Origin: an uncultured delta proteobacterium
Lineage (GTDB): Bacteria; Desulfobacterota; Desulfobacteria; Desulfobacterales; QNYZ01
DNA: 64,000 nt
NCBI GenBank assembly: GCA_963845145.1
Contig: CAWJQU010000002.1
Coordinates: 576,001-640,000, forward strand
Reading direction: 5' to 3'
The notes under the pieces were generated by a model. That model saw only the letters and a list, made by a program, of their open reading frames with translations. It was not told where the DNA came from and did no database searches. A program made the translations under genes and the position numbers. Of the stretch, positions 17,487 through 27,341 are shown piece by piece. Each line of letters opens with the position of its first letter. Position 1 is the stretch's first letter.

Positions 17487-17921
17487 TCAGGATAGCACAT
17501 TCCGCAATCGTAACACCGAACAATTGGCGTTATCGGAAACACGCTGGGAACACGACCCGCTAAATACCTCGTTAATATCACGGCGGTGGTTGTGGTAAAC
17601 CACAATCAGATCCGCTCCCCAGTTGTCTGCGGCTTTGATAATCTCCTGCCAGTTCTTCCCTGTTCTCAAACGATAGGACACGGTATTTTTACAATTTTCC
17701 TCAATAAATTTCTCCAACGCGTCCTTAAACTGGTTTTCCGCTTTTTTTCGCACTTCAGCGGAAATGTAAGAGGCGACAATCGGCATGCTAAAACCGGGCA
17801 TTACACTAACCAGTCTGATTTCAGCACTACTCAACCCCGCAATGGCGGATGCTTTTTGATATACGGCGGCGGCTGTTTTAGGGTAATCCACATCAATAGG
17901 GACAAGAATTTTTTTAAACAT
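17487..17921 (-). CDS. Universal stress protein (UspA family)
   Basis: 'MFKKILVPID', 'ADLIVV' and 'GSCSQRVSDNANCSVL'; typical TAXI-TRAP partner. Confidence 0.9.
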   Translation of the reverse strand: MFKKILVPIDVDYPKTAAAVYQKASAIAGLSSAEIRLVSVMPGFSMPIVASYISAEVRKKAENQFKDALEKFIEENCKNTVSYRLRTGKNWQEIIKAADNWGADLIVVYHNHRRDINEVFSGSCSQRVSDNANCSVLRLRNVLS

Positions 17922-18050
17922 AACCTACTCCAAATGGGTAAGGTTGGCAGCAATTGCAATCAACAATATCCGGTGCCACTTCCCTTTGCTGTGAGAAGTG
18001 GCGACAAACGATAGGCCAAAGAAAACCCTGTATCGGCATCACTTCCTCAG

Positions 18051-20636
18051 TTAGGTCGCGACAGCTGTCTCCAGCCTCCTTTTGCGCCCACGTTGTACAA
18101 ACCATACAAACGCATATAAAGCTAGAGCCGGAATGAACATGAGCTGTTTAGGTGGCCGTTTCGTTGGCACCTGGATATTCAATATCTCCTGGTCAAAATC
18201 GATGCCGGCTTTTTCGGCGGCGCTGGAAAAGACCACATTATCAACCAGTATTTTGCCTTCTTCATCGCGTAATTCAAGTCCGATGGCGTTTAATCTTTCC
18301 ATACCGGTCTTTTCTTCGCCCACAGGTACCATCACCGTCTTGGTGAATTCAGTTCCGTTCATTTTTTCACCCTTAAGCATAACCCTCAATTGGGCGCCCG
18401 GCTCCATTGTTTCCAACATCTCTTCAAGCTTGGTTGCGGGCTCCTGTGTAAGCGGCGGAAAAAATTTGTCCCACACGAATCCAGGGCGAAACAATATAAA
18501 GGCCACCAGTATAAGGGCCGCCGTTTCCCAGATGCGGCTTTTTGCAATAAAATATCCCTGTGTGCCCGCGGCAAAGGCCAGCATTGCAGCCACAGCGGCC
18601 ACAATCACGATGACCAGTTGGAACCAGTTGGCCACGCCGATCATCAGCAACTGGGTATTGAAAATAAACATAAATGGCAACACCGCCGTACGGATATCGT
18701 AGGTAAACCCCTGGATACCGGTACGGATGGGATCCCCGCCGGATATGCCCGCCGCGGCAAAGGCCGCCAGCCCCACCGGGGGGGTATCATCGGCCAGAAT
18801 ACCGAAGTAAAAAACAAACAGATGCACAGCGATAAGCGGCACAATCAAGCCGTTTTGGGCACCCAGCTCGACAATCACCGGCGCCATCAGGGTTGAGACC
18901 ACGATGTAGTTGGCCGTGGTCGGCAGCCCCATCCCTAAAATCAGGCTGATAATGGCGGTAAAAAACAGGATCAACATCAGGTTTCCGCCGGAGATGAACT
19001 CGACGAATTCGGTCATGACCAGCCCGATGCCGGTCAGGGTCACGGTGCCGACAACAATACCGGCCGCGGAAGTGGCCACACCGATACCGATCATATTGCG
19101 AGCGCCCGAGACCATGCCGTTGATTAAATCATCAAATCCACGCTTGAAGGAGAACTCTTCTCCTTTCATTTTGCGGAAAACGCCTTTTAACGGCCGCTGG
19201 GTCAAAACAATACAAATCAGGAGCACCGTCGCCCAGAAAGCGGACAGTGCAGGAGAAAGCCGTTCCACCACCAGACACCACATGAGCACCACGATCGGCA
19301 GCAGGAAATAATATCCGGCCTGAGCCGTTGGGCCCAAAACGGGCAGTTCATTGATCTCCGTGCTGTTATCCAGCTCCGGTACCTTGCAGGCCACATAAAG
19401 GAGGAAAAAGTAGGCGACAGCCAGCAGGATTGTGACCACATAGAGGGTCGCCCCGCCGGCGACTGTTTTGATCCAGCCCAGGCCATAGTAAGTGACACCA
19501 CCGATGATGATGATAAACAAAATCGTCATGACAAATGAGAGCAGTTTTTGATTCAGGGTTTTGGTCACCGGTTTTTCCATACCCTTCAAACCCATTTTAC
19601 ATGCTTCCAAATGAACAATGTACACAAGGGCAATATAAGAGATGATGGCCGGTAAAAAAGCGTGTTTGATCACCTCCACATAGGTAATGCCGACATATTC
19701 AACCATCAGGAAGGCTGCGGCGCCCATCACCGGCGGCATGAGCTGCCCATTGGTTGAGCAGGCCACCTCGACTGCCCCGGCTTTTTCCGGCGAAAAACCG
19801 ACTTTTTTCATCAGCGGGATCGTGAAAGTCCCGGTGGTGACCACATTGGCGATGGATGATCCCGATACCAGGCCGGTCAATCCGGATGAGACCACTGCAG
19901 CCTTAGCGGGTCCGCCCCGAAGATGGCCCAAACCAGCAAACGCGGTCCGGATAAAGTAGTTGCCGGCCCCAGCCGATTCGAGCAAGGCACCGAACAGAAC
20001 GAACATGAATACCATGCCGGTGGAAACACCCAAGGCGACACCAAAAACACCTTCAGTTCCCAACCAGTAGTGGGACATCCCTTTGGAAATACTGGCGCCT
20101 TGGTGTGCAATCACAGCGGGCATATGGGGACCAAAAAAAGTATAGATAATAAATACACCGGCGACCACCATCAAGGGCGGGCCCAGCGCGCGGCGCGTGG
20201 CCTCCAACAGAAGAATCAGCCCGATAACCGCGACAATCAGGTCAATCTGAAGCGGAGCACCCGGACGCGAGGATAAACCTTCATAAAAAATAAACAGATA
20301 GGCCGCGCAGAACGCCCCCACGAGTCCCACAACCCAGTCCTGAACAGGGATATGATCTCTGGGTGATGATTTAAACGTGGGATAGGCCGTATAAGAAAGA
20401 AAAACGGCAAAGGCCAGGTGGATGGCCCGGGCTTCCGTTGAATTAAAAACTAAAAAATTAAACATAAATGGCAGAGGAGATGAGTACCAGAGCTGAAACA
20501 ATGTCCAGGTCAGTGGTACGTAAAAGAGAATTTTTTTCGGAATCGTGCCGGTTGGATTTCGGGCGCCAGTATCTGACTCGGCAATCATCTCCTGAAGCTG
20601 TTCTTCGGATTTCAGGCTATCTGTCGATTCGGTCAT
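18051..20636 (-). CDS. TRAP transporter fused permease (4TM/12TM, TAXI-type)
   Basis: 'GGPAKAAVV', 'SGSSIANVVTTG', 'GQLMPPVMGAAAF', 'LGMGLPTTANY' and 'DDTPPVGLA'. Confidence 0.95.
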   Translation of the reverse strand: MTESTDSLKSEEQLQEMIAESDTGARNPTGTIPKKILFYVPLTWTLFQLWYSSPLPFMFNFLVFNSTEARAIHLAFAVFLSYTAYPTFKSSPRDHIPVQDWVVGLVGAFCAAYLFIFYEGLSSRPGAPLQIDLIVAVIGLILLLEATRRALGPPLMVVAGVFIIYTFFGPHMPAVIAHQGASISKGMSHYWLGTEGVFGVALGVSTGMVFMFVLFGALLESAGAGNYFIRTAFAGLGHLRGGPAKAAVVSSGLTGLVSGSSIANVVTTGTFTIPLMKKVGFSPEKAGAVEVACSTNGQLMPPVMGAAAFLMVEYVGITYVEVIKHAFLPAIISYIALVYIVHLEACKMGLKGMEKPVTKTLNQKLLSFVMTILFIIIIGGVTYYGLGWIKTVAGGATLYVVTILLAVAYFFLLYVACKVPELDNSTEINELPVLGPTAQAGYYFLLPIVVLMWCLVVERLSPALSAFWATVLLICIVLTQRPLKGVFRKMKGEEFSFKRGFDDLINGMVSGARNMIGIGVATSAAGIVVGTVTLTGIGLVMTEFVEFISGGNLMLILFFTAIISLILGMGLPTTANYIVVSTLMAPVIVELGAQNGLIVPLIAVHLFVFYFGILADDTPPVGLAAFAAAGISGGDPIRTGIQGFTYDIRTAVLPFMFIFNTQLLMIGVANWFQLVIVIVAAVAAMLAFAAGTQGYFIAKSRIWETAALILVAFILFRPGFVWDKFFPPLTQEPATKLEEMLETMEPGAQLRVMLKGEKMNGTEFTKTVMVPVGEEKTGMERLNAIGLELRDEEGKILVDNVVFSSAAEKAGIDFDQEILNIQVPTKRPPKQLMFIPALALYAFVWFVQRGRKRRLETAVAT

Positions 20637-20671
20637 AGCGATGATTCCTTCTATATGGTTTATTATCCATC

Positions 20672-20797
20672 TAGAACTGGCTTCAAAGCCCTGTGGCGGT
20701 GATTAAAACCTCCTTATAATGGCACTTATTTATAAATGCGCCATCGTGAGGCGGCCTCTTGCCTTCGACTTAATTCGGGGTTTTGAAACCAGCTCTA
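20672..20797. mobile_element. Putative 126-bp MITE with 20-bp imperfect terminal inverted repeats
   Basis: tagaactggcttcaaagccc versus reverse complement of 20778-20797 (tagagctggtttcaaaaccc), 17/20; TA at both ends; no ORF. Confidence 0.55.
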
Positions 20798-20865
20798 AGC
20801 ATTGGCGAAAAGTCTTAGGCCGGCATAAAAAATGATGTTCCCAGCCGTATTGATATCGGGATCCC

Positions 20866-20899
20866 GATAAAGTGCGTCGGTTACCCGACGCACTTTATC
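20866..20899 (-). terminator. Perfect 15-bp hairpin after the TAXI receptor gene (terminator or mRNA stabiliser)
   Basis: gataaagtgcgtcgg-ttac-ccgacgcactttatc. Confidence 0.75.
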
Positions 20900-20921
20900 T
20901 GATTCATGTCCCGTCAACAAA

Positions 20922-21899
20922 TTACATCAGGCCGGCTTCCTTATAGTATTTCATAGCACCATCGTGCAGTGGTGCCGAAAGCCCATCCTTGATCATCTCT
21001 TCTTTCTTCAGAACCTTAAATGCCGGATGAAGTTTTTTGAACTCATCAAAATTCTCGAAAACCGCCTTGACCACATTGTAGATCACATCTTCGGGTACCT
21101 TTGCCGAGGACACAAAAGTGGCGCCGACGCCGAATGTCTGAGTGTCCGCATCCGTACCGCGATACATACCGCCGGGAATCGTGGCCGTTCGGTAGTAGGC
21201 ATTTTCTGTCACCAGCTTGTCGATCTCGGGACCGGTAACATTTACCATCACGGAGTCGCAGGAGGTGGTGGCTTCTTTGATGGATCCACTGGGATGACCC
21301 ACGGTAAATACGATGGCGTCAATCTTGTTATCGCACAACGCACTGGACTGCTCGGCGGACTTCAACTCGGAAGCCAGCTTAAAATCATCTTTGGTCCAAC
21401 CCAAAGCGCCCATGACCACTTCCATGGTACCGCGTTGGCCAGATCCGGGATTGCCGATATTGACCCGTTTGCCCTTAAGATCCTGAAAGTTCTTGATACC
21501 GGAATCGGTACGGGCGACAACGGTAAACGGCTCGGGATGAACCGAGAATACCGCCCGCAAGTCTTTGTTGGGGCCTTTTGCCTCGAATTTGCTGGTGCCG
21601 TTATAGGCATGGTACTGCCAGTCGGATTGGGCCACGCCCATGTCCAGCTCGCCGGCGGCAATGGTATTCAGGTTATAGACCGAGCCCCCGGTGCTTTCCA
21701 CCGTGCAGCGAATGCCGTGCTCTTTTTTGGTTTTATTCACCAAACGACAAATGGCGCCGCCGGTGGGATAATAGACACCAGTGACGCCACCGGTACCGAT
21801 GGTAACAAAGGTTTGGTCCGCGGCCTGGGTCGGTGCAGCACCCATAAATAGTGCCAGTCCGAAAATAATAGCTACGCTAAACAGAATCGCTTTTTTCAT
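20922..21899 (-). CDS. TAXI-family TRAP transporter solute-binding protein
   Basis: '[21 protein letters not shown]', 'ESTGGSVYN' and 'GNPGSGQR'; signal peptide. Confidence 0.95.
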   Translation of the reverse strand: MKKAILFSVAIIFGLALFMGAAPTQAADQTFVTIGTGGVTGVYYPTGGAICRLVNKTKKEHGIRCTVESTGGSVYNLNTIAAGELDMGVAQSDWQYHAYNGTSKFEAKGPNKDLRAVFSVHPEPFTVVARTDSGIKNFQDLKGKRVNIGNPGSGQRGTMEVVMGALGWTKDDFKLASELKSAEQSSALCDNKIDAIVFTVGHPSGSIKEATTSCDSVMVNVTGPEIDKLVTENAYYRTATIPGGMYRGTDADTQTFGVGATFVSSAKVPEDVIYNVVKAVFENFDEFKKLHPAFKVLKKEEMIKDGLSAPLHDGAMKYYKEAGLM

Positions 21900-22133
21900 T
21901 GGAATCCTCCTTGCTTCTGATAATGGGTTTCATGATACGGAGCGGACAACATTGCCCGTTCCGAGAGAGTGGTTCCCCCCTTCATAAGATCACCTTTGAT
22001 TAGAAAACCTCAGTCAAAGGGATAGAAATTGATAGGCGGGAATTAACTGAATGTCGATTATTTTACAATAATCATTCGGTTTTTACAAGGCAAGATGGGA
22101 ATCGCCTTTTTCATCCCTAAATGTCCACAGGAA

Positions 22134-24281
22134 TTAACCGCCATGATCATCACGTAAAATAATCCGCACATCCACAATGCTTAACTTGTTTTCATGGACA
22201 ATAACGGGATTTAAATCCATTTCATCAATTTCCGGATACGCTTCAACGATTTCAGATACCTTTAACAAGAGCGCCTTAATCGCCTTCTTGTCTGAGGCTG
22301 GGTTTCCCCGTACCCCGTTCAGGATCTCAGCGGTTCGTAACTCGCCCATCATCGCCTCGGCCCCCACGGGCGTTAAAGGGAGTACTCTGAAGGAAACATC
22401 TTTTAGTATCTCCACCAGTACGCCGCCCAATCCAAACATGATAATCGGCCCAAACTGATCATCTCTTTTGGTACCGATAATGACCTCCACGCCCGGCTTG
22501 GCCATGGGGGTTACAAGCACGCCACGAATATCAGCGTCGACATTATATCTTTTCGCGTTGCCGATTATCTCATCAAAGGCCCGCCGAACCTCTTCGTCGG
22601 TTGCCAGATTAAGCCGAACACCACCCGCATCGCTTTTGTGTAAAATTTGCGGCGATACGATCTTCAAGGCCACGGGTCCATCGATCTTTTCAGCTGCAGT
22701 GACGACTTCATCGGCCGTTTTCATCGGTGCGTTCGTGAACACCGACAGGCCATGCTCGGATAGCAACGCTCTCGCTTCGTGCTCCAACAAGGCACCGCGG
22801 CCTTCCTTTTGGGCCACATGGATCATCTCAACGCCTCTGGCAGTCGCGTTGGTTCCCCAATTCAGGTTTAAGTCGGCATCTATCTCTGGAGAATTCAGGT
22901 AGGCACCGTAGGTTGCTAAGGCGCTGATACATTTACAAGCGATATCGACCGAACCGAAAGTGGGGATACCCAATGACCGTAATTCCTCAAGTGCTGGCGG
23001 GCGAGAAGCGTTGAAAAGACTATGCATAACAATCGGTTTGCTTGATTTTCCCACCAGTGCCCCCATTTGCCGGGCAGCTTCTTCCTCAATCACCGCCAGG
23101 CTTTCAGCAAACCGGATGCCATAACCACCGAAAAGGCCTACCATGAGAAGACCGCCTACGGCCGGATCCTCAAGTATGATACGGACACATTCGGCAAAAA
23201 TCATTGGATCGGCATCACCCCCGCCGGCCACATCCACGGGATTGGGCAGCGATGCGGCAAAAGGAAGAATTTTTCGAAGTTTTTCCTGTGTTTCTTCGCC
23301 GAGGATCGGCAAATTCACACCCATATCGGTCAACAGGTCCGATGCGATGGTGGCATGCCCGCCACCGTCTGCCAATATCGCCACGTTGTTGTTTTTAATG
23401 GGCGGCAGGCTCGACAGGGTTTCGGCCACGGGAAACAGCTCATCACTGTTCTCCAGCACCACGATTCCGGCACGGGTAAACGCCCCTTTGGCCACTTCCG
23501 CCATACCGGCCAATGCGCCGGTATGGGAACCGGCCGAGCGCCGCCCCGTAGCGGACCGCCCGCCTTTCAACAGAACAATCGGCTTTTGTCGGGTCGTCCG
23601 GCGCGCTTCGGTGATAAAGGAACGCCCGTCACGCATGCCCTCCACATACATCAAAATGACACGGGTGTCCGGATCTGCCCTGAAATGCGCCAGATACTCA
23701 TGAAAATGAATATCCGCCTCGTTCCCGACGCCCACATAGTAAGAAAACCCCTTTTGGCTGAGGGTTTTGGCCTCGGTGATCAGCGTCAAGGCCATATTGC
23801 CGGATTGGGTTAACAGGGCGATATCCCCCCTGGGGACATTGCGCATACCCACTAGGTTCAGATTCTTTTTCAAATTCATCATTCCCGACGTATTGGGGCC
23901 GATGAGCCGAATGCCATGTTTTTGGGCTGTTTGGGTTACCTGGTTCTGAAGTGCCCTGCCCTCTTCACCCAACTCCCCAAACCCACCTGCAATGATCACG
24001 GCACCCTGAACCCCTTTGGCGCCGCAATCCTCAAGAATGGCCGGAATCGTTTGAGCCGGTGTGGTAATCAGGGCCAGATCCACCGGACCGGGAATGTCCG
24101 ACACATTGGTATGGCAGGGTAGATCCAGGATGGTCTTTTCTTTAGGGTTTACGGGGTAAATGTCTCCGGCGTACCGCTCCTCAATCAAGGTGCGAATAGC
24201 CTGGAAGCCACGTTTCGTTTCGTTTTTGGAAGCGCCGATAATGGCAATGGATTCGGCGTTCAATATTTTTTCAAGGGACAT
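22134..24281 (-). CDS. Acetate--CoA ligase (ADP-forming) family acyl-CoA synthetase, alpha-beta fusion
   Basis: CoA-binding 'IAIIGAS', 'LIGPN', phospho-His 'GSHTGALAG', and ATP-grasp 'KIVSPQILHKSDAGGV' and 'DLNPV'. Confidence 0.93.
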   Translation of the reverse strand: MSLEKILNAESIAIIGASKNETKRGFQAIRTLIEERYAGDIYPVNPKEKTILDLPCHTNVSDIPGPVDLALITTPAQTIPAILEDCGAKGVQGAVIIAGGFGELGEEGRALQNQVTQTAQKHGIRLIGPNTSGMMNLKKNLNLVGMRNVPRGDIALLTQSGNMALTLITEAKTLSQKGFSYYVGVGNEADIHFHEYLAHFRADPDTRVILMYVEGMRDGRSFITEARRTTRQKPIVLLKGGRSATGRRSAGSHTGALAGMAEVAKGAFTRAGIVVLENSDELFPVAETLSSLPPIKNNNVAILADGGGHATIASDLLTDMGVNLPILGEETQEKLRKILPFAASLPNPVDVAGGGDADPMIFAECVRIILEDPAVGGLLMVGLFGGYGIRFAESLAVIEEEAARQMGALVGKSSKPIVMHSLFNASRPPALEELRSLGIPTFGSVDIACKCISALATYGAYLNSPEIDADLNLNWGTNATARGVEMIHVAQKEGRGALLEHEARALLSEHGLSVFTNAPMKTADEVVTAAEKIDGPVALKIVSPQILHKSDAGGVRLNLATDEEVRRAFDEIIGNAKRYNVDADIRGVLVTPMAKPGVEVIIGTKRDDQFGPIIMFGLGGVLVEILKDVSFRVLPLTPVGAEAMMGELRTAEILNGVRGNPASDKKAIKALLLKVSEIVEAYPEIDEMDLNPVIVHENKLSIVDVRIILRDDHGG

Positions 24282-24292
24282 CCCCCGGCCTC

Positions 24293-25057
24293 CTATTTCT
24301 TTCTATCCGCGAAGTCATCCAAAGATGCTTGTCGTTCCTTGGTCGATACACAGGCAAGGCAAGCTTCCACTTCAAAATCCATCAACGCCTCCAGGCTGAT
24401 GTTATCCTGGGCCATAAGCAGGCCTTTTTTGATCAGTTTAATGGAAAAGGCCGAGTTTTGAGCGATCTGCTTCGCCATTTCGCGGGCTTCATCCATCAAT
24501 TGTTGTAGTGGCACGGCCTTATTTACCAGCCCAATGCGCTCGGCTTCGTCACCGTCAATATACGCACCTGTAAAAAGAAGTTCCCTTGCTTTTCCCGGCC
24601 CAATCAGGTCCTGCACCAATCGCATGGCACCCCCCGTGACGGAAGACGTCACCTTGGCTTCCGGAGATCCTATTTGAGCCTCTTTGGCGGCAATACGGAT
24701 ATCACATGCCAAGGCCAGCTCGTAGCCGGATCCCAGGGCATAGCCATTGATGGCCGCGATGGTCGGTTTTTCGAACCGAATAATCGTGCGCGATGTTTCC
24801 TGCAAAGCTTCGAGATACGTACGGTAGTCCTCAAGGCTCCGTCCTTTGGAATCTTTCAGGTCCGCTCCGGTTGAAAAAGCGCGCCCCTCACCGGTAATAA
24901 TCAATACATTTATTTTTACATCATCTTTCGCGTCTGCCAGAGCGGCCTGAAAATCAATCCACAATTGTTTGTTCATGGCGTTCAAAACGTCAGGACGATT
25001 AAGCGTGATGGTTGCGATCCCATCTAATTTTTCATAATTGATGCATTCAAACTTCAT
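24293..25057 (-). CDS. Enoyl-CoA hydratase/isomerase family protein
   Basis: 'LNRPDVLNAM', 'AFSTGADL' and 'GYALGSGYELALACD'. AGGAG RBS before ATG 25057. Confidence 0.93.
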   Translation of the reverse strand: MKFECINYEKLDGIATITLNRPDVLNAMNKQLWIDFQAALADAKDDVKINVLIITGEGRAFSTGADLKDSKGRSLEDYRTYLEALQETSRTIIRFEKPTIAAINGYALGSGYELALACDIRIAAKEAQIGSPEAKVTSSVTGGAMRLVQDLIGPGKARELLFTGAYIDGDEAERIGLVNKAVPLQQLMDEAREMAKQIAQNSAFSIKLIKKGLLMAQDNISLEALMDFEVEACLACVSTKERQASLDDFADRKK

Positions 25058-25157
25058 TATGTCTCCTGTTAGTGCTATCTGCCGAATCATTTCATTTTGC
25101 CCGAATCATTTCATTTAAATTTGGTTCCCAATGACTCTGGACAAACTTACCATCCAA

Positions 25158-26009
25158 CTATTTAATAAAGGTATTATGAATGCCAAACTCCTTTTCGAGT
25201 TGGTCCAACATGGGTATCGCTTTATCTTTTTCCTTCAATGCAATCGCGGTGATCAGTGCATTCAAGAGACTCATTGGCGCAGTATACGATTCGAAGTAAG
25301 CTGGAATTTTTGTTTCCGCGATGAGCGCTAAATCGCTTAGTTGCGCCGTAGGGGAAAGCTCGCTATTGGTGATCGCAATAATATAAGGCCGCTTTTCCCT
25401 GATTTTTTCAGTGATCGCTACCGTCTCCCGGGTATGCCGCTTAAAACTGATGACGACCAGCACATCGGATGGACCAATATGCCGGAACTGCTCCGGGATA
25501 TCGCCTACACCTAATTCAATCAGCCGGACAGAATCTAAAAAAAACCGCAGATCAAAGGCCAGGTAAAACGCCAGCGCATAGCTGGATCGCAATCCCAGGA
25601 TGTATAAATTTTTGGCCGAACAGAGTTTATTTACCGCCTGGTTGAATGTCTTTTCCGATATCCGCATGCTCAGATCACCGATTTTTTCGATATCGCCGGA
25701 CAAAATATCGGTAAATAGTGAACGGCGGCCTTCAAGGGTTTTGGCCGATTCAATCAACCGGCTGGAGGTGGAAGAGCCCTCCAATACCTTCTGCCCTACA
25801 ACCCGCTTGAACTCTGAAAACCCGGAATATCCAAGGCTATTGATAAAACGGATCACCGTGGCTTCGGAAACCCCCGCCTGGGAGGCAATCTGCATCGCGT
25901 TGGAAAGAATCGCATCATTCAAATGATGAAAAATGTAATCGGCGACCTTGCGCTGGCTGGGCGGTAGCGTTTTATAATTCGATGAGATTTTTTTTAGAAG
26001 TGCTTTCAT
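25158..26009 (-). CDS. MurR/RpiR family transcriptional regulator
   Basis: HTH 'AGVSEATVIRFINSLGYSGFSEFK' plus SIS domain 'ILGLRSSYALA' and 'ITNSELSP'. Confidence 0.93.
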   Translation of the reverse strand: MKALLKKISSNYKTLPPSQRKVADYIFHHLNDAILSNAMQIASQAGVSEATVIRFINSLGYSGFSEFKRVVGQKVLEGSSTSSRLIESAKTLEGRRSLFTDILSGDIEKIGDLSMRISEKTFNQAVNKLCSAKNLYILGLRSSYALAFYLAFDLRFFLDSVRLIELGVGDIPEQFRHIGPSDVLVVISFKRHTRETVAITEKIREKRPYIIAITNSELSPTAQLSDLALIAETKIPAYFESYTAPMSLLNALITAIALKEKDKAIPMLDQLEKEFGIHNTFIK

Positions 26010-26054
26010 GGACGCACGCACTTTGAGGGAAAATATTCATGTAAATGAATTATG

Positions 26055-26088
26055 ATGAAATAATTTCATAATTCCGAATGCCTGTCAA
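26055..26088 (-). promoter_or_regulatory. Sigma70 -35 (TTGACA) with palindromic operator ATGAAA-N3-TTTCAT upstream of the RpiR gene
   Basis: Palindrome at 26055-26069; TTGACA on the minus strand at 26083-26088. Autoregulation is inferred. Confidence 0.5.
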
Positions 26089-26274
26089 TCTATATTAGGC
26101 GTTTTATCAGGCCAAAATAAAAAAATAGGATATTTGCAAAACGTCGAATGAACGTTAATTTATTCAAAATGCATAAAATCCTTTAAAATCTTCTTTTATC
26201 TTTCATTAATAAATAATCGGTATTAAGGTCGGTCAGGATTACCACGATTACGAAACCGACCGGAAGTTGCCATC

Positions 26275-27336
26275 ATGATAAAAAAAGCCCTCCTGTTAAT
26301 GGCGCTCATCATCTTTTTAACCGCTGCTTATTATCCGGCATCGGCGGAATCCCCGCCTCAAATCAGAATCGCCATTAAAGAATTCCCCCCGTTTGTTTTT
26401 AAAGAGTTAAAAGGCTTCTGCATCGATTTGGCCCGAATCATTTGTGAAAAAAATAATTTGACGCCAAAATTTGTGCGCTACGATAGTGTTCCGGAACTCC
26501 TCGATGCTGTGGCTTCCAAAGAGTGTCACCTGGCTTTTTCAGGCATTACCATTACGGCCGAGCGTGAAAAACGGCTGGATTTTTCTCAGCCTTTTTTTGA
26601 CTCCGGTCTGTCCATCGCCGTACGAGCGGAAGGATCAAAAAAATTTACGGGGATTCCTAAAGCGGTTTTAAAGCTGATCGGTTATTCGGTTCTTATCCTT
26701 TTTATCGCCCTGACCGTTGTGGCGCATGTCATCTGGTTTATCGAAAAAAACGATGCGGAGCCTAAAAGCTTTTCAACCCACTACGGCCGGGGGATCATGG
26801 GCGCATATTGGTGGGCAGTGGTTACCATGACAACTGTCGGATATGGGGACAAGTGCCCGAAAAAGGTCAGTGGCCGGTTTATTGCCGCCATTTGGATGAT
26901 CATCGGTATTATGTGGTTTGCCGGGTTTACGGCGACGCTATCTTCAGCCCTGACCGTGGAAAGAATGGAACATGGCGAGATTGCAGGCTTATCGGATCTA
27001 AACAATAAACATGTGGCGGTAATAAGAGGGACAACCAGCGAAAATTACCTTCGCTTTCATAATGTCAAGATGCTTTTGGCCGACAACCTGGATGATCTGG
27101 TCGGTATTTTAAAAAGGCAGAATGCGGATGCCATTGTGTATGATGCGCCCGCGCTTTTGTATATTTCCAAAATGGATCCATCCATAAAAGTCGTGGGAGC
27201 GTTGTTTGATAAGCAACGCTACGGGGTTGTCTTTCCCCAAAACGGAAACCTTCAGTATAAGGAATTGTTTAATATCGCCATCATCGATATGCAAAAAACC
27301 GGCGAGTATCAGAAAATTTATGACAAGTGGTTCTAA
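26275..27336 (+). CDS. Ligand-gated K+ channel, GluR0-like (split amino-acid-binding domain plus K+ pore)
   Basis: Signal peptide, S1 lobe 'SGITITAEREKRLDFSQPFFDSGL', pore 'WWAVVTMTTVGYGD', S2 lobe 'GTTSENYL...YDAP' and 'YQKIYDKWF'. Confidence 0.88.
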   Translation: MIKKALLLMALIIFLTAAYYPASAESPPQIRIAIKEFPPFVFKELKGFCIDLARIICEKNNLTPKFVRYDSVPELLDAVASKECHLAFSGITITAEREKRLDFSQPFFDSGLSIAVRAEGSKKFTGIPKAVLKLIGYSVLILFIALTVVAHVIWFIEKNDAEPKSFSTHYGRGIMGAYWWAVVTMTTVGYGDKCPKKVSGRFIAAIWMIIGIMWFAGFTATLSSALTVERMEHGEIAGLSDLNNKHVAVIRGTTSENYLRFHNVKMLLADNLDDLVGILKRQNADAIVYDAPALLYISKMDPSIKVVGALFDKQRYGVVFPQNGNLQYKELFNIAIIDMQKTGEYQKIYDKWF

Positions 27337-27341
27337 ACATC

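Noticed and set aside
20964..21851. 295-aa plus-strand ORF
   Set aside because: It is an antisense shadow of the well-supported TAXI receptor gene.
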